The notes beneath the pieces were generated by a model, which saw only the letters and a program-made list of their open reading frames with translations, was not told the DNA's origin and did not search any database. This document shows positions 13,371 through 27,770 of a stretch of 64,000 bases of DNA, in pieces. The stretch is from Lingula anatina (Eukaryota > Animalia > Brachiopoda): positions 37,082,401-37,146,400 of the forward strand of contig CM120641.1 of the NCBI GenBank assembly GCA_051362555.1, in the 5' to 3' direction. The position numbers were made by a program, and so were the translations under genes. Numbering within the stretch: the first letter of the stretch is position 1; each line of letters starts with the position of its first letter.

Positions 13371-15054
13371 TAAGTATACCTCAAGGTATGCCTGAATCAT
13401 GATATAAGTTTTTGGCTTTCTTGGACCATCAGGCATCTTAGATCATCATCCTATTTGTACACCCATGGAACCTGCCCCTGTGTCAATTCATTAATATTTT
13501 CAGAATAATGATAAGTTCATTTTTCAGTAGCCTGAGTGCAAGTACTCAAGTAATATGTGAGAATCGATATCGATATAAAGAAAATATTGATGCAACTGAC
13601 AAAATATTTGCATATAGATAAGAATATTGTTTGATTTTTTCTGATATCATTTCTTGTGCTATTGCTAAAATATTTTGCCCACAGATTTCTTTGAAAAAAA
13701 AAGAAGAAATATGACCTGGCTGTTTGCCGCAATGAAAGAAAGGTCATCTTTAAGTATTCTTGGGATCATTTTTGGAGCAAATTACTGAGTAAACTCCTTC
13801 AGGCTTTAAGCTCATGCTCTTTAAGTTTGCCTCAACTAAAACTGTCAATTGGGGTCCATTGCCTCTTATTTTCATTTAATTATTGAAAAGGTACAGAAAA
13901 TGGCTTAGTTTAGGGTATTTGCTCAAATGTCCAGATTTTTATGACTTTTTTGTGTCTAGGGGCTATATTTCATTGCCATTTCAAAATTAGTACATAGCTG
14001 ATAGCATTGCAAGAGATTTGATGTCAATAATTCAGATCGACATTGATTGGAATTACTTTCTTCCTGTTTCTTATAACCTTTGAGTGGTCTTTAGAACTGT
14101 GAAATTGTTGTCGACCTATTTTTTCTGTTCTTCTGAGGTTTCTGTAGCCGTGGTCAGTTAGATGTGTTTCATTTGATAAAATTTTCTGACTCACAAATAA
14201 CAGTTTACAGTGTTTTTTTTCATAATTGAGTTTGAGATAATTTAATAAAGTATTTAATTGTATATATGTATTAAAATATATCTTCCAAGTTTTATCACTA
14301 TAGAGATCCACTGGTATCATGCCACTCTGACTTTCCGTTATTGCCCACAAGCAATTCACTGGGGGAGAAGATAATGAGAAGTGTTTTATATCATTTTATG
14401 ATTTGTCATTATGTATGTTTAGTAATGTACCAGAATCATATTTGGCAATAAAATTATGTTAGAGTTACCCTAGACTTTTTTTTGGAAATCTAGTATTATT
14501 ATCCTTTCATGTACAGACACAATGTGTCTTTCTGTATATGTAGCCTTCACCTGCATCTGTTGCTGCAGTTGTCTTCATCGTGCACTTTTTACCTCAGGCT
14601 ACAATGATTTAATTTCAAGGATGACATCCTCTTGAGACTTCTAAACTAATGAGAGAGGGATAAAAAACAGTCAAAAAGAAAAAAGTCTGCTTAAGTAAAG
14701 GAATACATAGTTGGAAACACAAATTGGACCACAACACAGTGTATCAAACAAACTACACATCTTTATTTGAGAACACTTAACAGTCAGCAGTTATTTACTC
14801 TTTTCTGCTCCATGTCTGTATTATACAAATAACTGAGACTACTATAGATCCACTTTAAGGCAACCATATACCCAAACTCCAATCCCATTTCTCACATTGT
14901 TGCAAAAGAAACATGTATATGCTGCTCTGGATAAGTAATCTTTGAAGTTGTCTGGATGATAGTGGCTTGCCACTGCCAGTCTCTCATATAGCTGGTATGG
15001 GCAAACATGATATCCCCCCTTGTCAACAACGATGCATGCTTTTCACCATGAACT

Positions 15055-15495
15055 GAACTTCCAAACTGGCAGAGATACACCCATAGTTACTTTTGAACTT
15101 GAATAGAAAGTAATATACTGGCAATAATCTAAATGTGACCTTGAAATTGACCTAACTTTGACCTGCTTTTCACTATGAACTCAACTTTGCAACATTTTAG
15201 TCCCTTATATTCCTTTTTTTTAATAGTAAATAAGTAAATATTCTTACTCATTGTGATTGTTTAATAACATATTCACAAAAATTGTATTCATATTGTCATT
15301 TTCATCCACACAAGTGGATGCATATGTTACAGTGAAATAAACATAAACATAAATATCTCCAAGTGGCAGAGGTAGGCCCATAGTTACTATTGAACTTGAA
15401 TAGGAAGTCATATATTGTAATATCATATATCATAATCTAACAGTTTGATCTTGAAATTGACCTTTGACCTACTTTTTGCCATGAACCGCATTTCA
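15055..15495. repeat. two diverged ~135-bp direct repeats rich in TGACCTT (Helentron/HINE-like core repeats?)
   Basis: CCCATAGTTACT.TTGAACTTGAATAG.AAGT.ATATA..TGA(C/T)CTTGAAATTGACCT at ~15080 and ~15377. Confidence 0.55.
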
Positions 15496-15954
15496 CAAAT
15501 CTGTATTTAAACTATTACTTTGCTCCATGATTTTGTTTTAAATTGTAATTTTCAACAAAAATATTGAGAACTCTTGTTTACTGCATTTTGTAGAGCTTGC
15601 CAAGCACAACACTGGAGGTGGTATCCCTTTTTTTTTGGTTTTACATATGAATGCACTTATTCCAGCTGGTGGTACAATACCAATAATACAATACAATACA
15701 ATACACTCTGATCTTCTAGTTGGCCATTTTTCGGAACCTCACCACAAGTTTTTATGGGTCATCTCAATCAATATCTGACATCTTTTATCTCTACCTGATG
15801 GGGATTACATATTGATTCTTTGGGATAGTCTAATTTTTCCCAACAATGATGTTTGTTGAATAGGAAGAGAAATACACTTCAAAATCGGTCAGGCATGGTT
15901 GAGGTCAGAGTGGCTGGGTGGCCAGCAACAAGATGACATTATTGATTAAGAGTC

Positions 15955-16103
15955 AATTGTGCGGAGGTTTTGAGTTTGATCAACTTGTTACTAATCCTTA
16001 TTTTCTCCTTTATAGAGATAGTATGTAATGTCTGTCTTCCCCTAGGTTTAATAATGGGTACCAATGTTGTTTTGGGAAGTAACCTGTGATAGGATTAGCA
16101 TCC
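15955..16103 (+). mobile_element. possible degraded SINE core (V-domain-like)
   Basis: CCTAGGTTTAATAATGGGTACC...GTAACCTGTGATAGGATTAGCATCC resembles, from memory, the V-SINE core. Confidence 0.35.
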
Positions 16104-16553
16104 TACTTAGCACTAGTGAAATCTCTTAGGTGCCATTTCCATAGACACCATCGGTCTTTGGAGATCAATCCAACTCTGAGGGACTCTCAATGAGTGCAAT
16201 CAGCTTAACTTGAATTTAAAAAATGGGCATGATCTGTTTATTCTTTTTCAAGTTTTTCAATCAATCAATTAATAATAAGAATAAAATTCTGGTATCATCT
16301 GAATGGTAACGCCATATAAGCTGAAACTTGCTGGGATTACCCATTAAACTCAAGTTGCAGGTCAGATCTAAAACTGGGCTTGATCTAATTATTCCTGAAC
16401 TTTTTTTCATATTTGTTTATGGTAATGTTGTCCTTCTGGGCTCTGTGTCATCCAGATAGTAATTTAATTAAAACCTTAAGTTAATTACTAAAAGGCCTGC
16501 TACTAAGAGGTCAATTTAGCGCATGAGCCTTATCATTTTATTCCATATATATA

Positions 16554-17042
16554 CTGACAGTCAATGAAAACGCTTCAGAAAACTTTCTTGTACTTTTTTT
16601 ACCGAGAATTGATTCCAACCATATAAATGAGTACAAATGCACTTGTTTGGTCATAAGAGAGTGGGCTGACCACTCGGATGTTTAAAATTTTCGCTTCAGT
16701 GATTTTGTGGTCAGCTGTTACAAAATTTTGTTTTTCCGGTCTCGTGATTGTTGTGAATTAATCAGGTTCAATATATGATGATTAATTAAGCCTATTTAAG
16801 GTAGTCACCAAATCCAGTATGACTCATGACAAAAAAGTTCAGTGATGCCACGTCTGACACAGGAAGAGCGACTGATTTGATCACGTGACCTTGCATTTTA
16901 ATGATCTTTTCTGACCTTTATTTCACCTTGTGTGACTGAATAATGGGTCATATTTCACACGAAAACTGTTATTTTCTTAATGTACCAAAGGAAATTAAAA
17001 TATTATTTGATAACTAAATGATGCGTTTTCATTGACTGTCAG
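16554..17042. mobile_element. TA-flanked non-autonomous element (Tc1/mariner-like)
   Basis: Perfect 20-bp TIR CTGACAGTCAATGAAAACGC / GCGTTTTCATTGACTGTCAG embedded in (TA)n on both sides. Confidence 0.8.
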
Positions 17043-19606
17043 TATATATATATTTTTATTTTTAATGATACTGGTACTATTTGTGATTTACAGCCCTTTC
17101 TCCAGAGCTTTAAGGTGGATTTTGTTCATTCATCAAAAATTTTAATTTAAATTTAATTTTAAAATCTTACCCAATATGTAATGATTCTGTGTGGCAGTTA
17201 GAATATATGCACCTTAATTGCTAGGTGAAAAGATTCCAAGTGCATATAACCTTTCACAGACCAAGGTACTGTACTATTAGTTCTATTTTTACTTCTAAAT
17301 TGGATACTAATTCAGATATAATGATCTGTCTATAGATTTGTCAAAACATCAAACGTGGTTCACTTTGAACAACCCAACAAGCAGCATCTGCTTTTTTGGG
17401 CCTTGGGGGTTTGAGCATGGGTCACTCATTAGAAACAAGTTTGGTTAGATCACACCACCTGAACTTCTCTCACATCCACAAATCATCTTGCTAGTGGCAT
17501 CTAAATAAAAGTTGATCTCTATGTGGTGTGAATTAAGTTTTATTCATCTCTGATATGAAGGATTCCACTGCGAATTATAGACTCCAGGAAATCTAAAGAA
17601 CTGCACCTCCATGGTGAGCTGACACAAGAGCAGACCTGCTTCACCTCGGCACACTGTGATTCCTGCTCTGTGTTCACATTTGTCAGAAAATGTAGCGTAC
17701 CAGGGATTCTGATGTGACTATAGAAACCAAGATATTTAAGGGTGTACAGGGCAACAATGAACAAAATTATTTCAGCATTGCAGAAGGATTGAAGGCATGA
17801 TGTCAAACATAAAATATGATCATAGTTTCCTAGAAATTATATAGATGGACAGTTTAAGGGGTCAGTTGAAAAGATTTAAAATGGAGTGTGAATTATTTCT
17901 TCAAACCATGGGTAAAAAAGTTTTGCTGTACCAGAATATGGATGTAAACCCTTCCTTTGAGGAAGGTTGTCTGTATTCAGAAAATGCGTATTTTTTTGGT
18001 TCACATTAATTGACTGTTTTTATTATATGGCTGAGAGACTAGTACTTTTTTTACTTTTAATTACATTCCTAGGTTTGATCATGACAGAGGGCAACATTCT
18101 CATTTCAATTTCAGAACTCTTGTCAATTATCTATACAAAATTTCAATCAGCAAATACAAGTTACTATTTTATTTTAGAATTATCCCTTCATTAGGAAGTA
18201 ATCAAGTCAAAAACATCAATCAGAAATGATCAGAGTTCAGTTAAAAGTAATTTTCTTGGTATACAGAACATTTCTGATAGCTTATTACAGATAATCTAAA
18301 TTAAATTAGTCATTGATTATTCTGCTTTGATATAATCTCTGACAGATCATCTGTGCAAGTTTTGCTGTCACGCTCAAGGCAACAGCATATATAAATATTG
18401 ATGCAGTTTTAGTTATATAATCATACAAGGTGGCTGAGATTAAGTATGTCCGAACTTATTCTATTTATTAGGATGAATTAGTTCACGTGAATGCCATTGA
18501 ACTATTATTTAAATAAGTGTTAATTGTGTATTGATGAGTTTAATTCTTATTAGGTTTGTTAATTGTATAATAGATGGATTTAGTTTAAGTATTCACCCCA
18601 CGTGATACATCATTAAGATGTCTGCATGGGTTATAATTTTGAACCCATACAAATTAGATGTAAGTGTTAATGTAAACCTCATTTCTAGAGAAAAGAAGTA
18701 AAGATTTTAAAAAATTACAGCCATTTCTTGTGAAGCATATCTAAGATGAGATAACCATTTTGCTGTTTGACACGTTTTTTCCTTTAACTGCCATCCCATA
18801 TTTTGTTTTACTTTTAAGGTTGAGATGAATGAGAAAATGCCAAACTATGTTGTTGTTTTTTTTTTTAAATTTAAATAGTGGCATTGAATAGAATGAAATA
18901 TTATCTTTAAATTGATGGGTCTATAATTTACAAAAAATATGAATAACCATGTAATTAAAGCCTACGTAATTGTCCATTTACCCCTCGTAGAGCATGCCTG
19001 CCTTTAAACTAGGTCACTGCTGACCATTTATGGATTTGATGGACAGCGCAGTGTTATAGTATAGAGCTTGAGGAATCAGTAGACTAGAAGTGGTTTTAAT
19101 GACGCTCTTGGCTGCCCCTCCAAGTCAAAACAAAAACGTTCATTAATAATTGTATGTTTAATTTTTTTAATTTCATTCCACCAAGACTATGAGGATCTGT
19201 ATGCTCCATCACTTAGATATCCTTTTAGTAGCATTTTGCTACAGGTTAACATTTTTTAGTCATTTGTCCTTCCAAAGTATGTCTAATTCCATGAAATGAT
19301 CTTATTGCAATTTTTTATATGTCAGGAGACTCATCGAGGCTTATCTGATATTGCATCTGCCAGCGCATGTACATGTACAAAAACGAAGACAGTCAAAGCA
19401 TGACAATGAGTTTAAAAATAGGGTTTAAACATTCAAATTTGGGCTTTGCTTTCATTGGATGTGTGAAATTGCTTTATTTTCATCATATGTTTATGAATAA
19501 AAAAGTTCATAATAAAACAACTTTCAACTGAAATACAATATTATGACAGTCTGAGCATATAACAGATTTGAAGTAGTTTTAGTCAAGATGGGTTGGTACA
19601 CATTTA

Positions 19607-19725
19607 CAGGCCTACCCAACTACCAGACTCGGCACCAGATGATCCAGAATTCACTGGTAGATCGGACCACATACACTACCTGTTTTCAAGGTGTGCATCA
19701 GCACTCATTTCACAGTATCATACCC
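19607..19725 (+). mobile_element. solo TIR arm of family G
   Basis: CAGGCCTACCCAACTACCAGACTCGGCACC..GTTTTCAAGGTGTG, similar to the arms of 29331-30224; partner end not found. Confidence 0.7.
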
Positions 19726-20891
19726 GGAACAAATGAGATGAGACACACTACTTTCCAACCCCTCTCAGAATCATCGCTATGACATCGAGTACTAGGCAAG
19801 AGTGTTGTCGCGTCTGATACTTCGAAGCATATACTGCACCTGCCCAGAACGCAATGTGCAAGACGAGCATGTGCTATGATCATAAGCAATATTTTGATAA
19901 TTTAAGTCTAAGACAGAAGTATTTTATGTGAAGCAGTAAAATTTTATTTGATAAGAAAGAGGAGTAAAACTGTAGACTTTTATCTTGATGTCAATAAAGG
20001 CTGCAAAACAATGGCAGTAGATTAATGAAACAGGCTGCTATGAAACAGTGGACATTGCCTTTCTACTCGGCTATATTTATATACGTGTGCATCCGCGACT
20101 CTATTTTCCGGGCGAGGTGGCCTTCCACATTCCAAATCTGATGTCCTGCTACTGTCCTGTATGTTTTGTTGTTTTCTTAGCATTTTTATCGCTTTTCATC
20201 GATCTTCTTTTCAAACTGTAATCTTAAGCCTTCCTAACATCACATGACATCTTTGAAACCGACCACTTATCTGAGACGCATATGGGCAAGACCACACCTC
20301 CTCGCTGCCCACGTGGTGAAAAAAGCTGATGTCATACCAAAGATGGTGGCTGCTGTCGATGCATGGTGGGGGCCTTCAGTTGAATATGTTCAATAATAAT
20401 GTTGAAAATGGCAGAAAGAAACAGTAACAGTTAGATAGGCAGTGAGTAGAGGGCTGAACAAGAATAGTTAATGAAAGTTCTCAGTGTGCCAATGCAATTT
20501 GCTGATTACACAACGTTAAATTCTCAGGGGTACGCTAACAGGCTGATTTCTTGGCTTTCTTTTACGGCTTCAGGTGAACGATTCAGACCAGTGTCAAAAT
20601 TAATTAGAACTTTCAACCCCTGAAAGTTTGCATTCGTTAGGTCTAAGGTTTGTCTGAAAATGTGTGTTTGGGATTTCATAACACCGGCTCCTGTTTTCAA
20701 CTTTCATGTGTTTTGGTCTGGCTAGGGGGTCTCGTTGACCTGGTTAACTGGTTAATTTTGATATCTTTGCTAATTCAACACATCGAAAGTTTGAGACGCA
20801 TTCTTGTTGATATCAAAGAGGGCTCGCGAGTCAAGCTGTCTACACATTCTAGTTTATAGGCTATAAAGATTATGCTGAGAACACCTATTAA

Positions 20892-21279
20892 AGGTACATA
20901 CAAACTGAGCATTGGTGGAGCCCGGATATTCCCAGTAACACATATAAACCACTTCTACTAGTTTCTTATATGACTCAAATAAATTCGACATGCCATGGGA
21001 TAAACTGAATAGATCATTAAATCAGCCATAAAAGAGCTTTAGACTGCTCCTTTCTTAAAATTTTTGGTCAAAAATTTAACCTACTTTCGTGACCTACTTT
21101 TCTGCCCTATTGACATACAGCATAGAATGCTAGCAGAAAAACCCATTCAAACATCATTTTTGAGTAAAATTAAACAATGCCTTTTGGCAATTCTCTTACA
21201 GGCTCTAATTATACTACTTGAAACTATATGCTGGCATTTGGTTGGCTTTTGTTGCCAAAAATTGACTTCATATGTATCT
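20892..21279. mobile_element. TTAA-flanked MITE (Kolobok/T2-like)
   Basis: TTAA|AGGTACATA...TATGTATCT|TTAA; short TIR with one mismatch; single copy here. Confidence 0.5.
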
Positions 21280-22493
21280 TTAAGCATTATATCTTCTAAT
21301 GTAATGATTACATAATAAAATAAGGATATGGAATGAAAAGCAGTCAAAATAAGCTTTCTATTGATATGCAACATGTTATATATCTTGGCCGGTTTAGAAG
21401 ATAGCCACCCCTTGCCATTCGGATCCTTTAAGTAAATTTAGTGAGTGGTAAAGCTTAAGGGGGGCTCCCTTGAAAATTGGCTTGATTGGGGTTTTTTATG
21501 ATAATTATCAGGCTATCAACACCTTTCCATCATTTGAAGCCTTAGATGTTTTGAATGTTAATTGAAATGCAATCAAGTTTATTTTGTCATCTTCACACAA
21601 TTTATTGGGCAAATTCATTCAGAAGCTAGCACAAATACAATGTTAAGAAGGATTGACTGACATGATTAATTGTATGCTATAGTAGGATATAATAACCATG
21701 GGAATTATAACTTAGAACATAATTGTCATCTAACCAAGGGAGGATTTTATGCAGTAGTATTAGGAAAAATAATCTCTGATGCCTTCCCAGCTGTGACATT
21801 TTAAAATCTAGTATTATAAAAGAACAACTGCGTCCATCCATATAAAACAACAAATAGTGCATATATTGTGGTATTGTATATTAAACAAATGGGTAACAGT
21901 TTGTAATTAAATCTAGCAATTTATTCTAAAGAATTATTGCATGTGTTAAGAGTACCATCGTTTGGCCTCTTTTTGGCTTACAGTAAATTTTGTGGTCTAG
22001 ACAAAAAACTAAGATGTATCAATAATGCTAAAGGTGGCATTAAGTACTCCAAGTACAAAAGAAAAAATAGTGTTTTTAGTTCCTTATAAAATGTTTTACA
22101 AATGCTTATGATATAAATACATATGGAAGCAGGTACACACATGCACAGGCATAAACACACACATATGCATGCATGCATGTATGTGCATGTACACACATGC
22201 ATTTGTATCAATATTTGCCAAGTTTACTCCCTTATTACGAAAATAACTCTTGCTCTTTAGCCAACAATCAGAAGATTTAGTGCACATACGGAAATCACAT
22301 CCAGCTTTATTTCTGACATGACACCTCTTTTGATATTTTTGATAAATCATTTATATAGCACCAGTTTTGACATATACCAGCTATTACAATGTGCAAAACT
22401 TCACCATAGGTCGTGAATAAGTGTTTCAAAATGCTATTTTTTTCTCCATAAAATATAAAGTGAGTGAGTGCAAGTGAGCTTCCTTAAGTCTAA

Positions 22494-22719
22494 CACCCCA
22501 TTTCCATAGATTTTTAGATTGATCTATCCCTGTGGGGAGTCTCACTAGATTACTGTCAGCTTGGCCTGCTTAAGCGTCTGTCCCGCCTACTAAAAGCTGT
22601 AAGGGGGTAATTAACTATGGTGCCTGCTCAGCTGACTGCAATTTAGCGTGAACCCCCAGGGAGTTAGGTTGATCTAAAACTTAATCTTTAGATCGATCTA
22701 AATCTCTGGGAAAGCACCC
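22494..22719 (-). mobile_element. Harbinger/Tourist-type MITE, family A
   Basis: Reverse-complement copy of 36744-36958; TAA/TTA flanks. Confidence 0.85.
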
Positions 22720-22789
22720 TTAAAGATCACAAAAGATGCCAAGAGGGCTGATGATGGTATTATATATGAATATTAGGTGGTAGTGATTG

Positions 22790-22792
<3 letters not shown>

Positions 22793-22837
<45 letters not shown>
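22793..22837. repeat. poly-T tract
   Basis: Seen directly. Confidence 0.9.
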
Positions 22838-22840
<3 letters not shown>

Positions 22841-25800
22841 TTGCAATTTGCCAGAGCAGTTGATTTTCTAATAAGTCAATAATTGTATAATAATTTTAAA
22901 ACAATATATCTTTTACCTCCCAAAATTTTAAAATCTTTTGAGGGAACTTTACTTATTTTGGCAGATTTTATGTGGAATTTAACATGGAAATATTTTTAAT
23001 TGGTTTCTAATGTTTTATGTACTGTTCATTTATGTCCTCAGAATACTTATTTGATCATTTTGGCAGGAATTGTTGCTAAGCTTCTTTTTCTCAAATAAGT
23101 TAATCTCAGAATTTAGAAATAAAGCTAGGCATGTTTTTTAATTAAAAATGTCTGTATTGTTTTAGGTATTGTTTGTAGGAATCTTTTGCACTTACTCCTA
23201 TTGCATAAAAAACCTGTGAAATACCTATGCGCATATCTGCACTAGTATTTATTAAGATAGTCTGCAACACTAATAAGGATAGTTGCAAATTAGATCTTAA
23301 CACATCTGCAAGATTAATAGGATGAAAAGGTCCACCAGGATATACAAGACCATGGAAACAGTAGGCTTATTCGGTTAGGAACTCTCATCATATGTGCTCT
23401 AAGGCATCAATTTCCCATGATTGTCCACATTAAAGTAATTTTCTGAAGGTTTTTATTGAATTTTTGTAAAAATCACAGTGAGCCCTGTGCTGTTGAAAAT
23501 ACTGAAAATTACCAGCACTGTGGAATTGTTTTGCTTAGACAAAAACCTTTCAACTAGAATAAACTATAGTGTGTTGTCTTATTATTTTTGCAAATGTGTT
23601 CCTATGTGAATGTATGTACATAGCCATCTATATTGATTTCATCAGTGATCTGTGAGAAAAACAATAGAGAATATGGTGGTGCATCTTCATCTGTTCCGGA
23701 AATGAAAGCTTGATTACCTAAGCAGTGAAGAAAGCACATATAAAGGGATGATCTATATATTGTGGCAACTTACCTATTTTTCAATTAAATTGGATTTTTG
23801 TAAAATTTCATGCAAATTTTGACTCAAACTGTCACTTGATGTTAGGTGTGTTTTGCTACTACCATAAACTGAATTAATTTCATTAATGAGTGAATATTTT
23901 GCTTTAGCTGCCAGTACTTATGTGCTGCAGAATCAAATGAGAATCAATAATGTACAGGTTTTCTCACAGGATAATATGATCAGGAGAAGGAGCTTATGTA
24001 ATGGTGATATTTTAAAGTTTATCTGAAAGTGAGAATTGTTCTGACTTTTAAAATCTTTGCATTTTAAGTTACAAATTCCAAATGAGCATATGTTATGCGT
24101 CTCACACTTATCTTTCTTTTTCTTTAGAGATTTGCTTGTTTTTGTAATGCACATAATGATTTATCAAGTTTTCATAATTAATGATGACTACAGCTTTACA
24201 CTCAATTTTGTCACGGCTTGTTTATATGGTAGATCTGCCAAAAAGCCTTGTACTTATGAATTATGCAGCTAGGAAGGTGACTCTTTATGGTGGTCTAATA
24301 AAAAGAAAACAATTTATGCCTTACATTTTAACCAGTTACTACAGAAAATAGCAGTGCCCTTTTTGAGTCCACATATCTTTATCTGTTATCTTTCCCATAT
24401 GGTACTTAATCTGTTTGTATTATTATTATTATCTATTAATTATTTTATTTTATTTTCAAGCTTTTTTTTATCCTGCACAATTTTACATGATACTAACTTG
24501 TAAAGAAAAAAGTACTAAGAAAAAACTAAATAAATAAATAAACAAATTAAAAAGAAATGACCTCTGATACCCTCTCTATGGGCTTTTGTTTTCATATTTT
24601 GAAGTACTCACCTGACAATCAAGTCTGCCGAGGTTGAATTTTGGTATTGCATTGTGATTTTTGCCTTTTTTTGCCTGCACAGTTCCAGTATTAAATTGCA
24701 CCCTTGGAATGAATCCTTATCTTGGTTGTTACACCAAAAGTGAAGTTACTCCTTGAGGTAAAATCCTTGAAGTATGGTAAGAAATACCTTATGTCCTACT
24801 GCACATGTTGATACACATGCTGCCGAGATCACACATGGGTTTGTCAAATAGCTGTTAATCTGGCAAATGAAGTCTATTTTTTTAATGGATCTGAACAGCT
24901 TTCTATGAAAATAGGAAGAGTAGAAAGATTATGGTAATTGTCAAGAATGTTTAGTATTCATGAGAGATATTTTTTTAACAATGCTGACCTTCCAGAGTGA
25001 AAATGATGACTTGCCAGGATATAATTCATTATTAAACATTGGGGACAGATCGCTGAAAGAGATTAGAGTTTCGCTGAAGTGTCTTTATATAGAGCATCCT
25101 TGCAAGTTTGCAGGTGCATGCATGTGATGTTAACTTGATTATCATGGGTGTCTTACTTTATATGTGAATAGCTATTAAATAAGAAACTTATGTAATAAAG
25201 GAATAAGCATGCAAATTGACAGCTTGAGACAGATGGGCCACAGTTAGATTAAAGGGGGCAGGGTATTGGAGTTACAGGTCACTTCATGCAGAAGAATATG
25301 ATCTAATTTGTGAGCCATCGTGTATGCATTCTAGATGGGAACCGGAAGGGGAGAAATGGCCTTGCAGTAAATGTGCTTCCTGCTCTTCCAGGTAAACCTA
25401 TTGATCATGGGAATCCTGTTTGACAGATGATAGATAGAGAAAAGATCATACTATAGTAGTTTTTTTTTTTCACAAAGTTGGTTGATTTAATACACTAAAA
25501 GTATGGAATTTACAAAATTTTTTGTGTAAAAAATCCAGCTAAATGAATGGTCTTTTTTTATAAGCTGAAGTTCAATAGTTTTCTATATTTTATTCTTGGA
25601 ATCCAGCTGAAAGAGTTATTCTTAGCAGTGAATATGAGCAGAGCATCTCTCAATTGAACTTATGAGAGTAAGATTCTATGATGCCATATTACTGTTAAAC
25701 CAATCAGAAAGAAAAGTTTCAGGCTGCCATACAATCAGAAAAGGTGTGGGTTTCAAAGTCTCAACCATGGCTCATTAAAGTAATGCACTATTGTTTAAAT

Positions 25801-27600
25801 ACGACTAGTTTTTCTGCCTTATTTTTGTGTTAAATTGTTTAACTTCACTGTCAGCATGATTTTTTGTCACTGGTGGAAAAATGCCAGTCCCTCGGCAGCA
25901 CCTGTGGTGTAAAATTTCTGAATTATAGCATATTACCCCAAATTATTTTAATGAATGGATTGTATATCTAATACTCTAGAGGCTCAGGGAAACCCATTAA
26001 GGTAATTTTTTGTAAACATACAGTTTAGTTCTGATTAATCAGTCTTTAGGTGAATATATTGAGGAAAAATGGCTATTATCAAAATAAAGTGCATTTCCTT
26101 GAGAGAATTGCATATTTTGCTGTGGTACAATTATGTACTTATTTATCATAGTGGGGTGTTGATAACCTGTTTTATATCAATCATAACATTGCAGCTGGCA
26201 CTCACTCTTTGAGGGTAATTACATAGCACATTGAAGTTCGTTATTTGTCAGATGTATGTTATTTTTTCATAATTTTCGTGTTCACTAACAAGTATAGTCC
26301 CCAGTGTAAAGGAGCTATTGCAAAATAATTTTAGAGTGATCATTGTAAAATGATTCATTATAAAATGATTCATTATAAAACCTTAGAATCTGTGCACCAT
26401 GAAGGTCCCAGACAGTATACTTTGTCTTCATGGGCTATAAATTTGATCACCCTGTATCTTGATGAGAATTGATTGTGACAGATGACACTTAATCATGAAG
26501 GTCTGTCACTAAAGACAAGCTCCATCTCTGCACTACCTGCACTAACAGGGAAATTAATTAACTTTTGTCAGTGTGCTGATTATTTTATTCATGTTTTTCT
26601 CCAGTAAGCAAATAACTATGTAAAATTGGCTTACATTCGTATCAGAGATCAAAATGGAAAATGTTATGTCTGTAAAATTTGGGATATTGTGCTTAAGAAT
26701 AAAATATTTTAGATATGAAATAAATGGTGCTTTAAAACTTTACCAGGGGACTCATTTACTTTTCTGCAGGAGCTTTAGATGACATTTAATGTTTGAATCC
26801 TTAATTACCATTGGTTATAGAATTTGATCTTCAGGATTCATAAAAAAAAGCAATGTTGGCACATCTGCTTTTGTTACACATTTTTTCCCTATGTCCCATG
26901 CTATCGCTAATGCAGGTTTAGTTAACTTTCACATCAGTATTGACTGTGATGAATCTTACATCACATAACTTTGTACAGTTGACAGAGACAGTTTGATATA
27001 TGCCTCTCTGACCTATTTTGTTGTCATTATAGAGTCCAATAAGTTGTGTTCAAAAGTCCATCAGAGCATTACTGACTAAATTATATTCGGGTAATAGATC
27101 CATTACCAGACTGCATCTATTTTAGTGTTTGTCGACTACCATCAATTTATCATTATCTTACTTTCTTCACTGTTTCATTAGAAATGTGTTACAGAAAGCA
27201 AAGATTGTGCTGAATACAAGTTCAATTTACGTCATCCTGATCAAAAAGAGAATTTCTCTGCGGATTGTGTTCCTTCATTGTTTGTTCCCATCAATTTTAT
27301 CTTTTTATTAAACCATTCATAAAGTAGTTTAAAGGTTTGCAATGAAATAAAAATGGGAATGAAACTGAACATAATGATATCAGTAAAATATGACAGTGTA
27401 TCTTTTACAGGCATGAAAACTTGTCTACTTCTTGTATCATTAATCAGAGGCCTGCAATTCTACAAGAGGTATAATGCACACTCACGCACGCATGCACATG
27501 CATGCGCACATGCACATACACATGCACACAATTTTACACTGATCATAGTTCCATTTCAAGTTGAACTGAAGTTCCAAAAAGGATTAACTTAATTAAGTTC

Positions 27601-27770
27601 TGTATAGGTTTAATGTAGAGGAAAAAACTTAAGTGAGATTTTTACAGTAATCGTAGTTACATTTCAATTTGATCTGATGTTTCAACAGGGGTTAACACCC
27701 TGGTCTGTGTAGGTTGAATGTAGAGGAAAAACTAGAATGAGATTTTTACAGTGATCACAGTTCAATTTCC
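27601..27770 (+). repeat. diverged ~60-bp direct repeat pair
   Basis: TAGGTT.AATGTAGAGGAAAA..TGAGATTTTTACAGT twice. Confidence 0.7.

Noticed and set aside
17540-17806. KYLG motif suggesting a reverse transcriptase fragment
   Set aside because: Only four residues match; the flanks do not resemble RT.
25003-25056. C/D-box snoRNA candidate (ATGATGA...CTGA)
   Set aside because: Too short, no terminal stem, no identifiable guide.
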